This document shows positions 38,072 to 47,119 of a DNA stretch of 64,000 nt, in pieces (within the stretch, counting starts at the first letter, position 1; each line of letters begins with the position of its first letter). The stretch is from the NCBI GenBank assembly GCA_964578175.1, contig CAZOBH010000004.1, positions 1,611 through 65,610 on the forward strand, given 5' to 3'. The notes below the pieces were generated by a model. It saw only the letters and a program-made list of their open reading frames with translations, was not told where the DNA came from and did not search any database. The position numbers and the translations under genes are program-made. This DNA is from an uncultured Clostridium sp. (GTDB taxonomy: Bacteria > Bacillota_I > Bacilli_A > RF39 > UBA660).

Positions 38072-38896
38072 ATGATTTCAATAGATAGTATTTTGACTAT
38101 TTTAAATAAAACTGTAGATATATTATTGGTATGGTTAATATTTTATTACATACTTAAAGTTATTAAAGATAATGTTAAATTAACTTTGATATTTAAAGGA
38201 GTTATTTTTATCGTTATTCTTGAACTTGTTTCACATATATTCCATTTCACAACAATTGGAATGTTACTAGAATATATTATTATGTGGGGACCTCTTGCAT
38301 TAATAATTATATTCCAACCTGAAATAAGATCTGCATTAGAACAATTGGGTAGAAGTCAACTTCTAGGAAGACATAAGATACTTACTGTAGATGAAAGAGA
38401 AAAAATGGTATATGAAATAGTTAATGCTCTTGATCAAATGAGAAAAGCAAGAATAGGAGCATTATTAGTTATAGAAAGAGATGTAAGTTTATCTGATTAT
38501 ATAGCTAAAGCTAAAAAAGTATATGCTGATATTACGACAGATTTAATTGTTTCATTGTTTTTCCCAAATAACCCTTTACATGATGGAGGAGTAATTATTC
38601 AAGGAGATAAAATTAGTTGTGCTGGAGCAGTATTTCCAACATCTAATAATTTAAAAAACAATAAGCATTTAGGTACAAGACATAGGGCTGGTCTTGGAAT
38701 AAGTGAAGAAACAGATGCAATTGTTCTTATTGTTTCAGAAGAGACTGGACGTCTTACAATTTGTCTTAAAGGAGAAATGTTCTATAACTTATCATTAGAT
38801 GATGTTAGAATGACTCTTATTGATGAATTAAGACCTAAACAAGAAACAGATTTTGAAGAGATAAGTGAGGAAGAAATATATGAAGAAAACAAATAA
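38072..38896 (+). CDS. cdaA: Diadenylate cyclase CdaA (c-di-AMP synthase)
   Basis: Three N-terminal TM segments plus a DisA_N domain with GALLVIERD, PLHDGGVII and TRHRAGLGISEETDAIVLIVSEETG. Confidence 0.92.
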   Translation: MISIDSILTILNKTVDILLVWLIFYYILKVIKDNVKLTLIFKGVIFIVILELVSHIFHFTTIGMLLEYIIMWGPLALIIIFQPEIRSALEQLGRSQLLGRHKILTVDEREKMVYEIVNALDQMRKARIGALLVIERDVSLSDYIAKAKKVYADITTDLIVSLFFPNNPLHDGGVIIQGDKISCAGAVFPTSNNLKNNKHLGTRHRAGLGISEETDAIVLIVSEETGRLTICLKGEMFYNLSLDDVRMTLIDELRPKQETDFEEISEEEIYEENK

Positions 38897-40229
38897 GAAA
38901 AAGAATATATTTAGCCCAATAGTTAACTTCTTCGATAAGATTTTAATTTCTCCTATCACAAAATTGATATTAAAAGTTAATGATTATTTTAAAGATAATA
39001 ATCATGGATTTGAAAGAATATTAAATAATAGACAAGCATTAATTATAATATCTTTATTATTTGCTCTTGTAACATTCTATATAATAGATCAAGAGAAAGT
39101 ATCATTAGTTGATGATAATGCTGAAATTATTTATGGTGTTCCAGTAACATCAGTTTATAACGAAGAAGCATATGTTATCGAAGGGTTACCTGAAACGGTA
39201 GATGTTACCTTAATTGGAAAAAAATGGAATGTTTATCTAGCAAAACAATATCCAGCTGAAGAAATATCTGTTGATTTAAGTGATTTAGGTCCAGGAACTC
39301 ATAAAGTAAATTTAAATTATAAACAAAATGTATCTAGTGTTACTTATAAAGTAGATCCTTCACAAGTTACAGTTGTTGTTTATAGAAAGATTTCTATGAG
39401 TAAAGAAGTTAGTTATGATATCGTTCATAAAGATAGTTTAGATGCTAAATTAAATATTGATAATGTAACATTAAATAAAGATAAAGTAACTATAAAAGGT
39501 GCTGAGTATAAATTAAATCAAGTAGCATCTGTTAAAGCATTAATAGATATAGATAAATTAACTACTCAAGAAGAAGGAACACAAACATTAAAAGATATAC
39601 CAATGCTTGCATATGATGTAGATGGTAAGATAGTAGATGTTGAAATTGTTCCAGAAACATTAGAAGCTGAAATATCTATTTCATCTCCAAGTAAGAAAGT
39701 ACCAATAAAAATTGAAACTCAAGGAGAGTTAGATGGAAAATCTATTAAATCATTAACACCAAGTGTAAGTGATGTAACTATTTATGGTTCTAGTGAAGCA
39801 TTAGAGAAAATTGAATACTTAACAGTACCAATAGATATATCTGGAGTTACTTCAAATAAAAACTATACGATTAATTTAACTAATCCATCTGGAGTTAGAG
39901 ATATAAGTGTTAAAACGATTACTGTTAAACTAGAAGTAGATGAAGTTTATACAACTGAAATTAATAATATTAAGATTAATATTACTAATCTTAAAGATGG
40001 TTATATAGCTCAAGCAGCAGACGCTAATTCATCTTCAATTACTGTAATTGTTAAGGGAAGTGAATCAGTAATTAAGAAGTTAGACCCAACTACAATTAAT
40101 GCTTATGTTAATCTAGAAGGATTAGGAGTAGGAACACACGAAGTTGAAGTTAAAGTAACAGGTGATGATAATACACTGTTATATACTCCAAGAGTTAAAA
40201 AAGTATCAGTTACAATTACTAAAAAGTAG
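38880..40229 (+). CDS. cdaR: CdaA regulatory protein CdaR (YbbR-repeat protein)
   Basis: N-terminal TM and four YbbR-like beta repeats. Conserved position overlapping the cdaA 3' end. Start trimmed from the track GTG (38865) to the ATG at 38880. Confidence 0.8.
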   Translation: MKKTNKKKNIFSPIVNFFDKILISPITKLILKVNDYFKDNNHGFERILNNRQALIIISLLFALVTFYIIDQEKVSLVDDNAEIIYGVPVTSVYNEEAYVIEGLPETVDVTLIGKKWNVYLAKQYPAEEISVDLSDLGPGTHKVNLNYKQNVSSVTYKVDPSQVTVVVYRKISMSKEVSYDIVHKDSLDAKLNIDNVTLNKDKVTIKGAEYKLNQVASVKALIDIDKLTTQEEGTQTLKDIPMLAYDVDGKIVDVEIVPETLEAEISISSPSKKVPIKIETQGELDGKSIKSLTPSVSDVTIYGSSEALEKIEYLTVPIDISGVTSNKNYTINLTNPSGVRDISVKTITVKLEVDEVYTTEINNIKINITNLKDGYIAQAADANSSSITVIVKGSESVIKKLDPTTINAYVNLEGLGVGTHEVEVKVTGDDNTLLYTPRVKKVSVTITKK

Positions 40230-40304
40230 ATAAAATAAGGGAAAGTTAAATACTTTCTCTTTATTTTTTTGTTCAATATGTTATAATTTATTCAGGTGGT
40301 TAAT

Positions 40305-41003
40305 ATGGCAAAAAAAGTAAAAGTAAATGAAGAAGAAAAAAAAGCAAAAAAAATGAAGACAGAAACTGTTAAAGAAGAAAAAGTAGAAAAAAATGAAGAA
40401 ATAGATGAAGTAATAGATGATGAATTTGATGATGAAGATTTAATTGAAAGAGAAAACAAAGAGACTAAAAAAGATTCTCTTAAAAAGAGAAAGAAAAGAA
40501 ATAAAGAAGCTCTTGGAGATACATTTAGTAAAGAAAACGCTGAAATTATAGGATTTTTTAAAGTACTAATAGCAGTTGCTTTATTTGTATTAATATTCTA
40601 TTTAATTGTTGCTTTTATAAAAGGTGATTTTAAAAGTAAAGATAGAGATAAAGATCCTGCTACATCAATTCAAAATGATGAAATATTAGCATCATCTACA
40701 TTTAGTAAAGCTGATAAAAATTATTGGGTATTATTCTATGATTCAAAAGATACTAATGCTGAATTATATGCAAGTATATATAGTGATTATAGAGAAAAAC
40801 ATACTGATGTTCCAATGTTCTGGGTAAATTTAAATAATAAATTTAACAAAGATATAGTATCAGAAAAGACAAATGAAAAAGCAAACAATTATAAAGATCT
40901 TGCAGTTTCATCACCAACATTAATTCATGTAAAAAACGGAGATAACGTTGATTACTATGAGGGTGATAAAGCACTTGACAAATTAATGAGTTTAGTTAAA
41001 TAA
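40305..41003 (+). CDS. Bitopic membrane protein with acidic/basic N-terminus and extracytoplasmic alpha/beta domain (thioredoxin-fold-like, no CxxC)
   Basis: ATG after AGGTGG. One TM (IIGFFKVLIAVALFVLIFYLIVAF). The C-terminal YWVLFYDS...SPTLIHVKNGDNVDYYEG pattern resembles the Trx fold but lacks cysteines. Confidence 0.5.
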   Translation: MAKKVKVNEEEKKAKKMKTETVKEEKVEKNEEIDEVIDDEFDDEDLIERENKETKKDSLKKRKKRNKEALGDTFSKENAEIIGFFKVLIAVALFVLIFYLIVAFIKGDFKSKDRDKDPATSIQNDEILASSTFSKADKNYWVLFYDSKDTNAELYASIYSDYREKHTDVPMFWVNLNNKFNKDIVSEKTNEKANNYKDLAVSSPTLIHVKNGDNVDYYEGDKALDKLMSLVK

Positions 41004-41030
41004 TAATAATGTACTCCTTTGGGAGTTCAT

Positions 41031-41107
41031 GCCTCAATAGCTCAGTTGGTTAGAGCACTTGACTGTTAATCAAGGGGTCCTAGGTTCAAGTCCTAGTTGA
41101 GGCGCCA
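41031..41107 (+). tRNA. tRNA-Asn (anticodon GUU)
   Basis: 77 nt with acceptor GCCTCAA/TTGAGGC and anticodon stem-loop CTTGA-CTGTTAA-TCAAG. T-loop TTCAAGT and encoded GCCA. Confidence 0.93.
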
Positions 41108-41112
41108 TTTTT

Positions 41113-41146
41113 AAAAATAATCATTACATTATGTAATGATTTTTTA
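41113..41146 (+). terminator. Terminator after tRNA-Asn
   Basis: AATCATTACAT/ATGTAATGATT long inverted repeat followed by T5. Confidence 0.6.
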
Positions 41147-41191
41147 TTTGTTTTATGTTAGAATATTTTATAGATAATAGGAGTTGATAAG

Positions 41192-42442
41192 ATGGCTAAT
41201 AAAGATACTGAAAAAAAGAAGAAAACTACTACAAAAAAAGTAAATAATAGAATTAATAAACCTGCAGTAGTTAAAAAAGAGAAAAAAGAAGAAGTTAATA
41301 AAGAGGTAACATTTAGTCTAATTGAAGTTATAATCATCATGTTTATAACTGCAGTTTTTGGAATTTTAATTGGATTATTTGTTTCTAGATTTAGAGTTGA
41401 TTTTGATATACATAAACATCAAAATAAATTTGATGAATTATATGAAGTATATGATGAATTAATGCAACAATATTATAAAGATATTGATGGTGATGAGTTA
41501 ATAGAAGCCGCTATTAAAGGTATGTTTAATTATTTAGATGAACATTCTGAATATATATCAGGAACTGAATCTTCTGATTTTGAACAAAATCTAGATGGAG
41601 AATTCTCTGGACTTGGAGTAACAATTTCAACAAATGATAAAAATCAAATATATATCATGGAAGTATTTGAGAATAGTCCTGCAGAAAAGAGTGGTTTAAA
41701 AGCCGGAGACATATTCCTTAAAGTTGATGGAGAAGATGTTAGTAAATATGATATTCAAGAATTATCAAATAGAATAAAGGGTAAAGAAGGAACAACAGTA
41801 GATCTTGTAGTATTAAGAGATGGAAAAGAAGTAAATGTTACATTTACTAGAGGTAAAGTAGTTCTTCCTTCAGTTAGTTATAATCTATTAGATAATAAAG
41901 TTGGATATGTATATGTATCTATATTTGCCAGTAATACAAAAGAACAATTTGAAGTAGCAATGGATAGTTTAATTAATCAAGGAGCTAAATCATTTATTAT
42001 TGATTTAAGAGATAATTATGGAGGTTATTTAGCAACAGCACAAGAAATGTCATCATTATTCCTTGAAAAAGGTTCTGTTATATATCAACATGGAACTGAT
42101 AAAGTTAAAACTAAAGTACAAAGTACTGATAAAAGAAAATATAATGTTAAGATGGTAATTCTTGTTAATGAAAACTCTGCAAGTGGTGCTGAACTTATGA
42201 CAGCTGCTTTAAATGAGAATCTAAATACAATAGTTGTTGGTAAAACAACTTATGGAAAAGGAACTGTACAAAAACTTAAAGAATTATCTAATGGAGCAGT
42301 TATTAAATATACTGTTGAAGAGTGGTTCACACCAAAAGGAAATAGTATCAATAAAGTAGGATTTAAGCCTACATATGAAATAGATAATAAAGATGGTAAT
42401 GACTATCAAATGCAAAAAGCAATTGAGTTAATGACAAAATAA
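41192..42442 (+). CDS. ctpA: Carboxy-terminal processing protease (S41 family) with PDZ domain
   Basis: 416 aa with an N-terminal TM and PDZ (SPAEKSGLKAGDIFLKVDGEDV). S41 core has IIDLRDNYGGYL, NENSASGAELM and TYGKGTVQ. Confidence 0.88.
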   Translation: MANKDTEKKKKTTTKKVNNRINKPAVVKKEKKEEVNKEVTFSLIEVIIIMFITAVFGILIGLFVSRFRVDFDIHKHQNKFDELYEVYDELMQQYYKDIDGDELIEAAIKGMFNYLDEHSEYISGTESSDFEQNLDGEFSGLGVTISTNDKNQIYIMEVFENSPAEKSGLKAGDIFLKVDGEDVSKYDIQELSNRIKGKEGTTVDLVVLRDGKEVNVTFTRGKVVLPSVSYNLLDNKVGYVYVSIFASNTKEQFEVAMDSLINQGAKSFIIDLRDNYGGYLATAQEMSSLFLEKGSVIYQHGTDKVKTKVQSTDKRKYNVKMVILVNENSASGAELMTAALNENLNTIVVGKTTYGKGTVQKLKELSNGAVIKYTVEEWFTPKGNSINKVGFKPTYEIDNKDGNDYQMQKAIELMTK

Positions 42443-42506
42443 TAAAAAACTAAAGCATATTTTAATTAATATGCTTTATTAATGTAATAATCTATCGTAT
42501 TTATGT

Positions 42507-42535
42507 TTGACTTTTTAGAAAAAATTTGTTATAAT
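42507..42535 (+). promoter_or_regulatory. Candidate sigma-A promoter of the adhesin-sortase operon (TTGACT-17 nt-TATAAT, TGn extended)
   Basis: Consensus-grade hexamers and spacing, 30 nt upstream of the start codon. Confidence 0.6.
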
Positions 42536-42564
42536 ATACGACAAATAAAGAAATGGGGGTTATT

Positions 42565-44379
42565 ATGAAAGGTATAATAAACAAAACAAAATATTTATTT
42601 ATATTATTAATCGCACTTATTTCATTTAGTGGAATAAATGCAATGGCAGCAACTAATGTGCCATCAACACTTAAGACAGGAAGTTCTAAAACACTTCCAG
42701 GTTATGTAGCAGGAGTTTACTTTGGAGTTAAGAAAACTACAGATGGTAAATATCTATATTGTACAGATATAACTAAAAGGACACCTGCAAATATGACTTT
42801 ATATCTATCTAGTCAAGAACAAGATGCTGGTTTAACATACTTAATGGTTAATGGATTTCCTAATAAAAAGATAACAGGAAATAATGATTACGACTATTAT
42901 ATTACACAAACAGCTCAATGGTGGTATTTAGATAGTACAAGAGGAACTAGTAATTTAAGTAGTTCTTTCAAAAATAATGGATCAGATCCTCACGGATTAA
43001 GACCATATATTAAAAAATTAGTTAATGGGGCAATAAAAGCTAAGAAAACTGGATATGTTAATCCTTCATTAACTATTACAGCAAGTGATACAACACTAAC
43101 TTTAGCAAGTGACGGATATTATTATTCAAAAGATATTAAAGTTACAGCTAAAGCAATTAGTGGAAATATTAAATTAAAATTAGTAGGAGCACCAAGTGAA
43201 ACTACAATTGTTAATTCAAATGGAACTAGTGTTTCAAGTGTTAAAAGTGGAACAGTAGTTAAAATTAAAGTTAAAAAGGATAAAGTAACAAATACTAATT
43301 ATTCAATTACAATTAATGCAACTGCAACTGGAGTAATTAATAAAACATATTTATATCAACCAAAAGATAAAAATACATATCAATCAGTTACAACAGCAGT
43401 TACATATCAAACACAAAAACCTTTAAGTTCTGTTAAAACATTTAGTTTAAAGAGTTCTCAAGTTAAAATCTATAAATTAGATTCTGAAACTAAAAAAGCA
43501 ATAGCTGGAGCAAAATTAGAACTTAGAGATTCTAAAGGAAATGTAGTAGCTAAATGGACAAGTACAACTAGTGCATATGTTATTAAAAATATAGCAGCAG
43601 GAACTTATAAATTAGTTGAAACTGCAGCACCAAGTGGATATACATTAGATACAACAGAACATCAAGTAGTTATCAAAAGTGGAGAAGTTAAAGTAGTTAA
43701 TTTCTACAATAGTAAAAAGAATCCAACTAAGATTATAGTTATAAAAAGAGATAAAGAAACAACTAAGACTTTAGCTGGAGCAAAATTTGTAATTAAAGAT
43801 AGTAATAATAAAGAAGTAGCTTCATGGACATCTACTGAAAAAGGACATTATGTAACAGGACTTCCTGAAGGAGAATATACAGTATATGAAGTTGAAGCAC
43901 CAGAAGGATATTTACTTGCAACTGAAGGACAAAAAGTTAAATTAGAAGCTGGAAAAACTACTACAGTTACATTCTACGATGCTAAAAAAGCTAATAATAC
44001 AATAATTAAAGTATTAAAGGTGGATGGAGAAACAGGAAATGCTGTAGCAGGAGCTGAATTAGTTGTTAAAGATCAAGATGGTAATATCGTTAAAAGTTGG
44101 ACTACTACCCTAGATGAATATACAATTGATGATTTACCTGTTGGTAAATATTACTTATCTGAAACTAAAGCACCTAATGGATATGCATTATCAAATGAAG
44201 TAGTATCTTTTGAAATAGGAGAAGACAATAAAATAACTACAATTAATTATAATAACGTTAAGAAAGTTGTTGTTCCTAATACTGGATCTAATTCTTCATT
44301 AATTGCTTTAGCAGTAGGAGTTGTTTCATTAGGATTAGGTGGAACAATATTATATATTAATGCAAGAAAAGAAGCTTAG
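42565..44379 (+). CDS. Sortase-anchored surface adhesin: thioester (TQxA/TED) domain + Ig-like domain + three CnaB-type repeats + VPNTG sorting signal
   Basis: Signal peptide. Carries LYCTD (Cys codon 42760..42762) and NGFPN...YYITQTAQWWY (Gln codon 42907..42909). Three repeats contain Y.L.ET.AP.GY E-box-like motifs. C-terminal VPNTG (44272..44286), then a TM and ARKEA. Confidence 0.85.
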   Translation: MKGIINKTKYLFILLIALISFSGINAMAATNVPSTLKTGSSKTLPGYVAGVYFGVKKTTDGKYLYCTDITKRTPANMTLYLSSQEQDAGLTYLMVNGFPNKKITGNNDYDYYITQTAQWWYLDSTRGTSNLSSSFKNNGSDPHGLRPYIKKLVNGAIKAKKTGYVNPSLTITASDTTLTLASDGYYYSKDIKVTAKAISGNIKLKLVGAPSETTIVNSNGTSVSSVKSGTVVKIKVKKDKVTNTNYSITINATATGVINKTYLYQPKDKNTYQSVTTAVTYQTQKPLSSVKTFSLKSSQVKIYKLDSETKKAIAGAKLELRDSKGNVVAKWTSTTSAYVIKNIAAGTYKLVETAAPSGYTLDTTEHQVVIKSGEVKVVNFYNSKKNPTKIIVIKRDKETTKTLAGAKFVIKDSNNKEVASWTSTEKGHYVTGLPEGEYTVYEVEAPEGYLLATEGQKVKLEAGKTTTVTFYDAKKANNTIIKVLKVDGETGNAVAGAELVVKDQDGNIVKSWTTTLDEYTIDDLPVGKYYLSETKAPNGYALSNEVVSFEIGEDNKITTINYNNVKKVVVPNTGSNSSLIALAVGVVSLGLGGTILYINARKEA

Positions 44380-44382
44380 ATT

Positions 44383-45075
44383 ATGAATAAAAGAAAATCA
44401 ATTTATTTAGGGTTAGTAATAATAGTTTTAGGTCTATCACTAATATCTTATAATTACTTCTTAGAGAAAAGAGATTATGCTTTTGAATATATGAATGAAA
44501 AATTGTATTTAGCAAATAATGAAACACCAGAATATATAGAAGAAATTGAAGAAGTGCATGAAGTAAAAATAGATGATGATTTACTTGCATTTGCAAAACC
44601 TGTAGATACTGGTGATAGAAAAGAATCAACTGAGACAAAGACAACACAAAAAAAGAATAAAAATAATTACTATGTGGGATATTTAGAAATACCTAAAGTA
44701 AATGTTAAAAAAGGATTTTTAAATATAGATCATAAAGATAATGATGTAGGTAAGAATATTACAGTTATAAAGGGTTCTAGTTATCCTGATGTAGATAAAG
44801 GAAACTTTATAATAGCAGGACATTCTGGAACAGGTATTCACTCATATTTTAAAGACTTATATAAGTTAAAAAAGGGTGATAAAGCTTATATAACTTATAA
44901 CGGATATAAATATACATATAAAATAGTTAAAATATATAAACAAGAAAAAAATGGTACAATTGCAATCTACAGAGATTATAATAAAACAACATTGACTTTA
45001 ATAACTTGTACTAAGAACGATAAAAAACATCAAACTGTATACATATTAGAATTAGTAGATAAAGTTAGTTATTAA
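44383..45075 (+). CDS. Sortase-family transpeptidase (atypical: no Arg after the active-site Cys)
   Basis: N-terminal TM, YLEIPKVNV, IIAGHSG (His) and LTLITC (Cys). Begins 3 nt after the adhesin stop. Confidence 0.85.
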   Translation: MNKRKSIYLGLVIIVLGLSLISYNYFLEKRDYAFEYMNEKLYLANNETPEYIEEIEEVHEVKIDDDLLAFAKPVDTGDRKESTETKTTQKKNKNNYYVGYLEIPKVNVKKGFLNIDHKDNDVGKNITVIKGSSYPDVDKGNFIIAGHSGTGIHSYFKDLYKLKKGDKAYITYNGYKYTYKIVKIYKQEKNGTIAIYRDYNKTTLTLITCTKNDKKHQTVYILELVDKVSY

Positions 45076-45095
45076 GAATAAAGGGGGTGAGGTCA

Positions 45096-45917
45096 ATGTT
45101 AAAGTTAACATTTTTTGATAAACTTAAAATATTGTTTGAATTAGTATTGTCTTCACCTTTCTTTATATTCTTATTTATCTTTTCGTTATTAGCATTATGT
45201 ATATTATTAGATCTTAAAGATAAAAATAAAAAGAAAATGAAGATATCTATAGTAGGAATTTATATAATAGTATTATTAGCTATGATAATTAAATATCATA
45301 CTGAAGTATTTTCTGTAATTGATTATTTTGTTAATAATATCTTTATATTATTCTATTTTCCAAACTTAGCAATATATGTTGCTATGATGATATTTACTAA
45401 TATATTTATGTTTAAGAGTTTATCTTTTGATAAAAAAGAACCAATAAGAGTTATTAATTTATCTTTTTATACAATTATAATGTATTTAAGCTTATTAATT
45501 GTATATACGATAAGTCATGAAAATTTAGATGTTTATAGTCAAGAATCTTTATATACAAACACTAATGTTTTAGCTTTAGTAGAATTAAGTAATATATTAT
45601 TCTTTATCTGGATAGTTATTATGATTATTGATAAATTAGAATATTTACTTGAAAATAAAGGTGTTATAAAAACTAAACGTAATAGAGATAGAATAATTAC
45701 TAAAGTAGTAAAAGAAGAAGTAATTAAAGAAGTACCTGTAGAAAAAGAAGTTATCAGAACTGTTGAAGTTCCAGTAGAAAGGGAAGTTGTTAAAACTATA
45801 GAGGTACCAGTAGAAAAAGTAATATATAAAGATAAACAAGATGAGATATTTACAAAAGATGACTATGTAATAATGTCTAAAATATTAAAAAGAATACAAG
45901 AAGATTATAGTAAATAA
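45096..45917 (+). CDS. Polytopic membrane protein with C-terminal EVPVEKxV tandem repeats, unknown function
   Basis: ATG after AGGGGGTGAGG. About 5-6 TM segments, then a cytoplasmic-looking tail with three 12-aa repeats. Third gene of the adhesin-sortase operon. Confidence 0.55.
   Translation: MLKLTFFDKLKILFELVLSSPFFIFLFIFSLLALCILLDLKDKNKKKMKISIVGIYIIVLLAMIIKYHTEVFSVIDYFVNNIFILFYFPNLAIYVAMMIFTNIFMFKSLSFDKKEPIRVINLSFYTIIMYLSLLIVYTISHENLDVYSQESLYTNTNVLALVELSNILFFIWIVIMIIDKLEYLLENKGVIKTKRNRDRIITKVVKEEVIKEVPVEKEVIRTVEVPVEREVVKTIEVPVEKVIYKDKQDEIFTKDDYVIMSKILKRIQEDYSK
45729..45836 (+). repeat. In-frame 36-nt tandem repeat (about 3 copies) encoding EVPVEKEVIRTV / EVPVEREVVKTI / EVPVEKVIYKDK
   Basis: Read directly. 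Units lie at 45729..45764, 45765..45800 and 45801..45836 (the last degenerate), in frame with the CDS at 45096..45917. Confidence 0.75.
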
Positions 45918-45924
45918 TAATAAA

Positions 45925-45953
45925 GTCTACACGTAAGTGTAGATTTTTATTTT
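45925..45953 (+). terminator. Rho-independent terminator of the adhesin-sortase operon
   Basis: GTCTACAC-GTAA-GTGTAGAT hairpin plus T-run. Confidence 0.65.
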
Positions 45954-45994
45954 GAAAGATTATATAATTAAATAGAATAGAAGGGTGTTTGTTT

Positions 45995-47062
45995 ATGAAA
46001 TATAAAAAGAAGAAGACTAAATTGAAACTTAGAGTAAACATGGTTATTAATACAATATTAATATCCCTACTTTTCTTTGGTTCAATTTTTTTATTTGTAT
46101 TCTCTCTAAATATTGAATATGATTATTCAAAAACAATAATTTCATATAATGAAAAAGGAAATGTTAAATATAAAGTTAATCTAAATAATAATCCTTATTA
46201 CACAGAAAAATCATTAGATATGAATCAACAATACCCATCTAATTTAATAAATAATATTGTCTTAGATTTTAATTTTAATTTTGAATCAACTAAAGAAATA
46301 GAATATAAGTATTCGTATTATACTGTTTCAACTATTGTAATAAATAATAAAAATACAACTATTAATAATAATCCATTATTATTAAAAAAAGATACATATT
46401 TAGAGAAAGTTAATACTAGCGAAGAGTTAAAAGGTAAAAGTATAAGTATTAATAAAACATACAATATTAATTATCAAGATTATAAAAAGTTTGTTAATAA
46501 TTATAAAAATACATATGGGTTAAACGTAGATGCTTATTTAAAGGTAACAATGTATGTAATAGTTGATGGTAAATATCAAGATAATTCATGGAGCGATAAA
46601 GATCCGATTGATATTACAATTCCACTTGTTGATAACGCTATTAGTATTAATACTAATAATCTAAATGGATCAAATGAAATATCTGAAAATGATGTAACAT
46701 ATATTAATAGTACATTCTTCTTAGTTTTATCAATTATTATGTTTGTTACTTCAATCTTATTATTTATTCAAGAATTTAGAAAAGTATTAATAACTGATAA
46801 AGTTCAATATAAATATATTAAACAATTGAATAGAATTATAGAAGCTAATAAAGATGTTATTGTTAAAGTAAAAAATAAAATAAGTTTAAGAGGTATTAGT
46901 GTAATAGAAGTAGATAGTATTGAAAAATTACTTGCAGTTCAAAATGAACTTAGAATACCTATTGCTTATTTTGAAGAAATTGAAAACAAAAAATCTAGTT
47001 TTACAATAGTAAATGAAAAGACTGCATGGCAATATAAATTAGAAGTTAAGGAAGACAAATAG
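45995..47062 (+). CDS. Two-TM membrane protein with large Asn/Tyr-rich extracytoplasmic domain and cytoplasmic C-terminal domain, unknown function
   Basis: ATG 7 nt after AAGGGTG. TM1 is near residue 20 and TM2 near residue 240. The topology is reminiscent of DUF5305-type proteins, but I cannot confirm that. Confidence 0.55.
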   Translation: MKYKKKKTKLKLRVNMVINTILISLLFFGSIFLFVFSLNIEYDYSKTIISYNEKGNVKYKVNLNNNPYYTEKSLDMNQQYPSNLINNIVLDFNFNFESTKEIEYKYSYYTVSTIVINNKNTTINNNPLLLKKDTYLEKVNTSEELKGKSISINKTYNINYQDYKKFVNNYKNTYGLNVDAYLKVTMYVIVDGKYQDNSWSDKDPIDITIPLVDNAISINTNNLNGSNEISENDVTYINSTFFLVLSIIMFVTSILLFIQEFRKVLITDKVQYKYIKQLNRIIEANKDVIVKVKNKISLRGISVIEVDSIEKLLAVQNELRIPIAYFEEIENKKSSFTIVNEKTAWQYKLEVKEDK

Positions 47063-47076
47063 TCTTCTTTTCTTTT
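47051..47076 (+). terminator. Rho-independent terminator
   Basis: GAAGAC-AAATA-GTCTTC hairpin plus T-rich tail. Confidence 0.55.
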
Positions 47077-47119
47077 GGTACTTATTGTATAATTAAAGAA
47101 GCAGAAAGTAGGTAGCGAT

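Noticed and set aside
45729-45836. Tandem 36-nt repeats as a possible CRISPR, minisatellite or regulatory array
   Set aside because: The units are contiguous with no spacers, in frame with the surrounding ORF and diverge mainly at synonymous or conservative positions. It is a coding peptide repeat. No CRISPR-like array was seen anywhere in the window.
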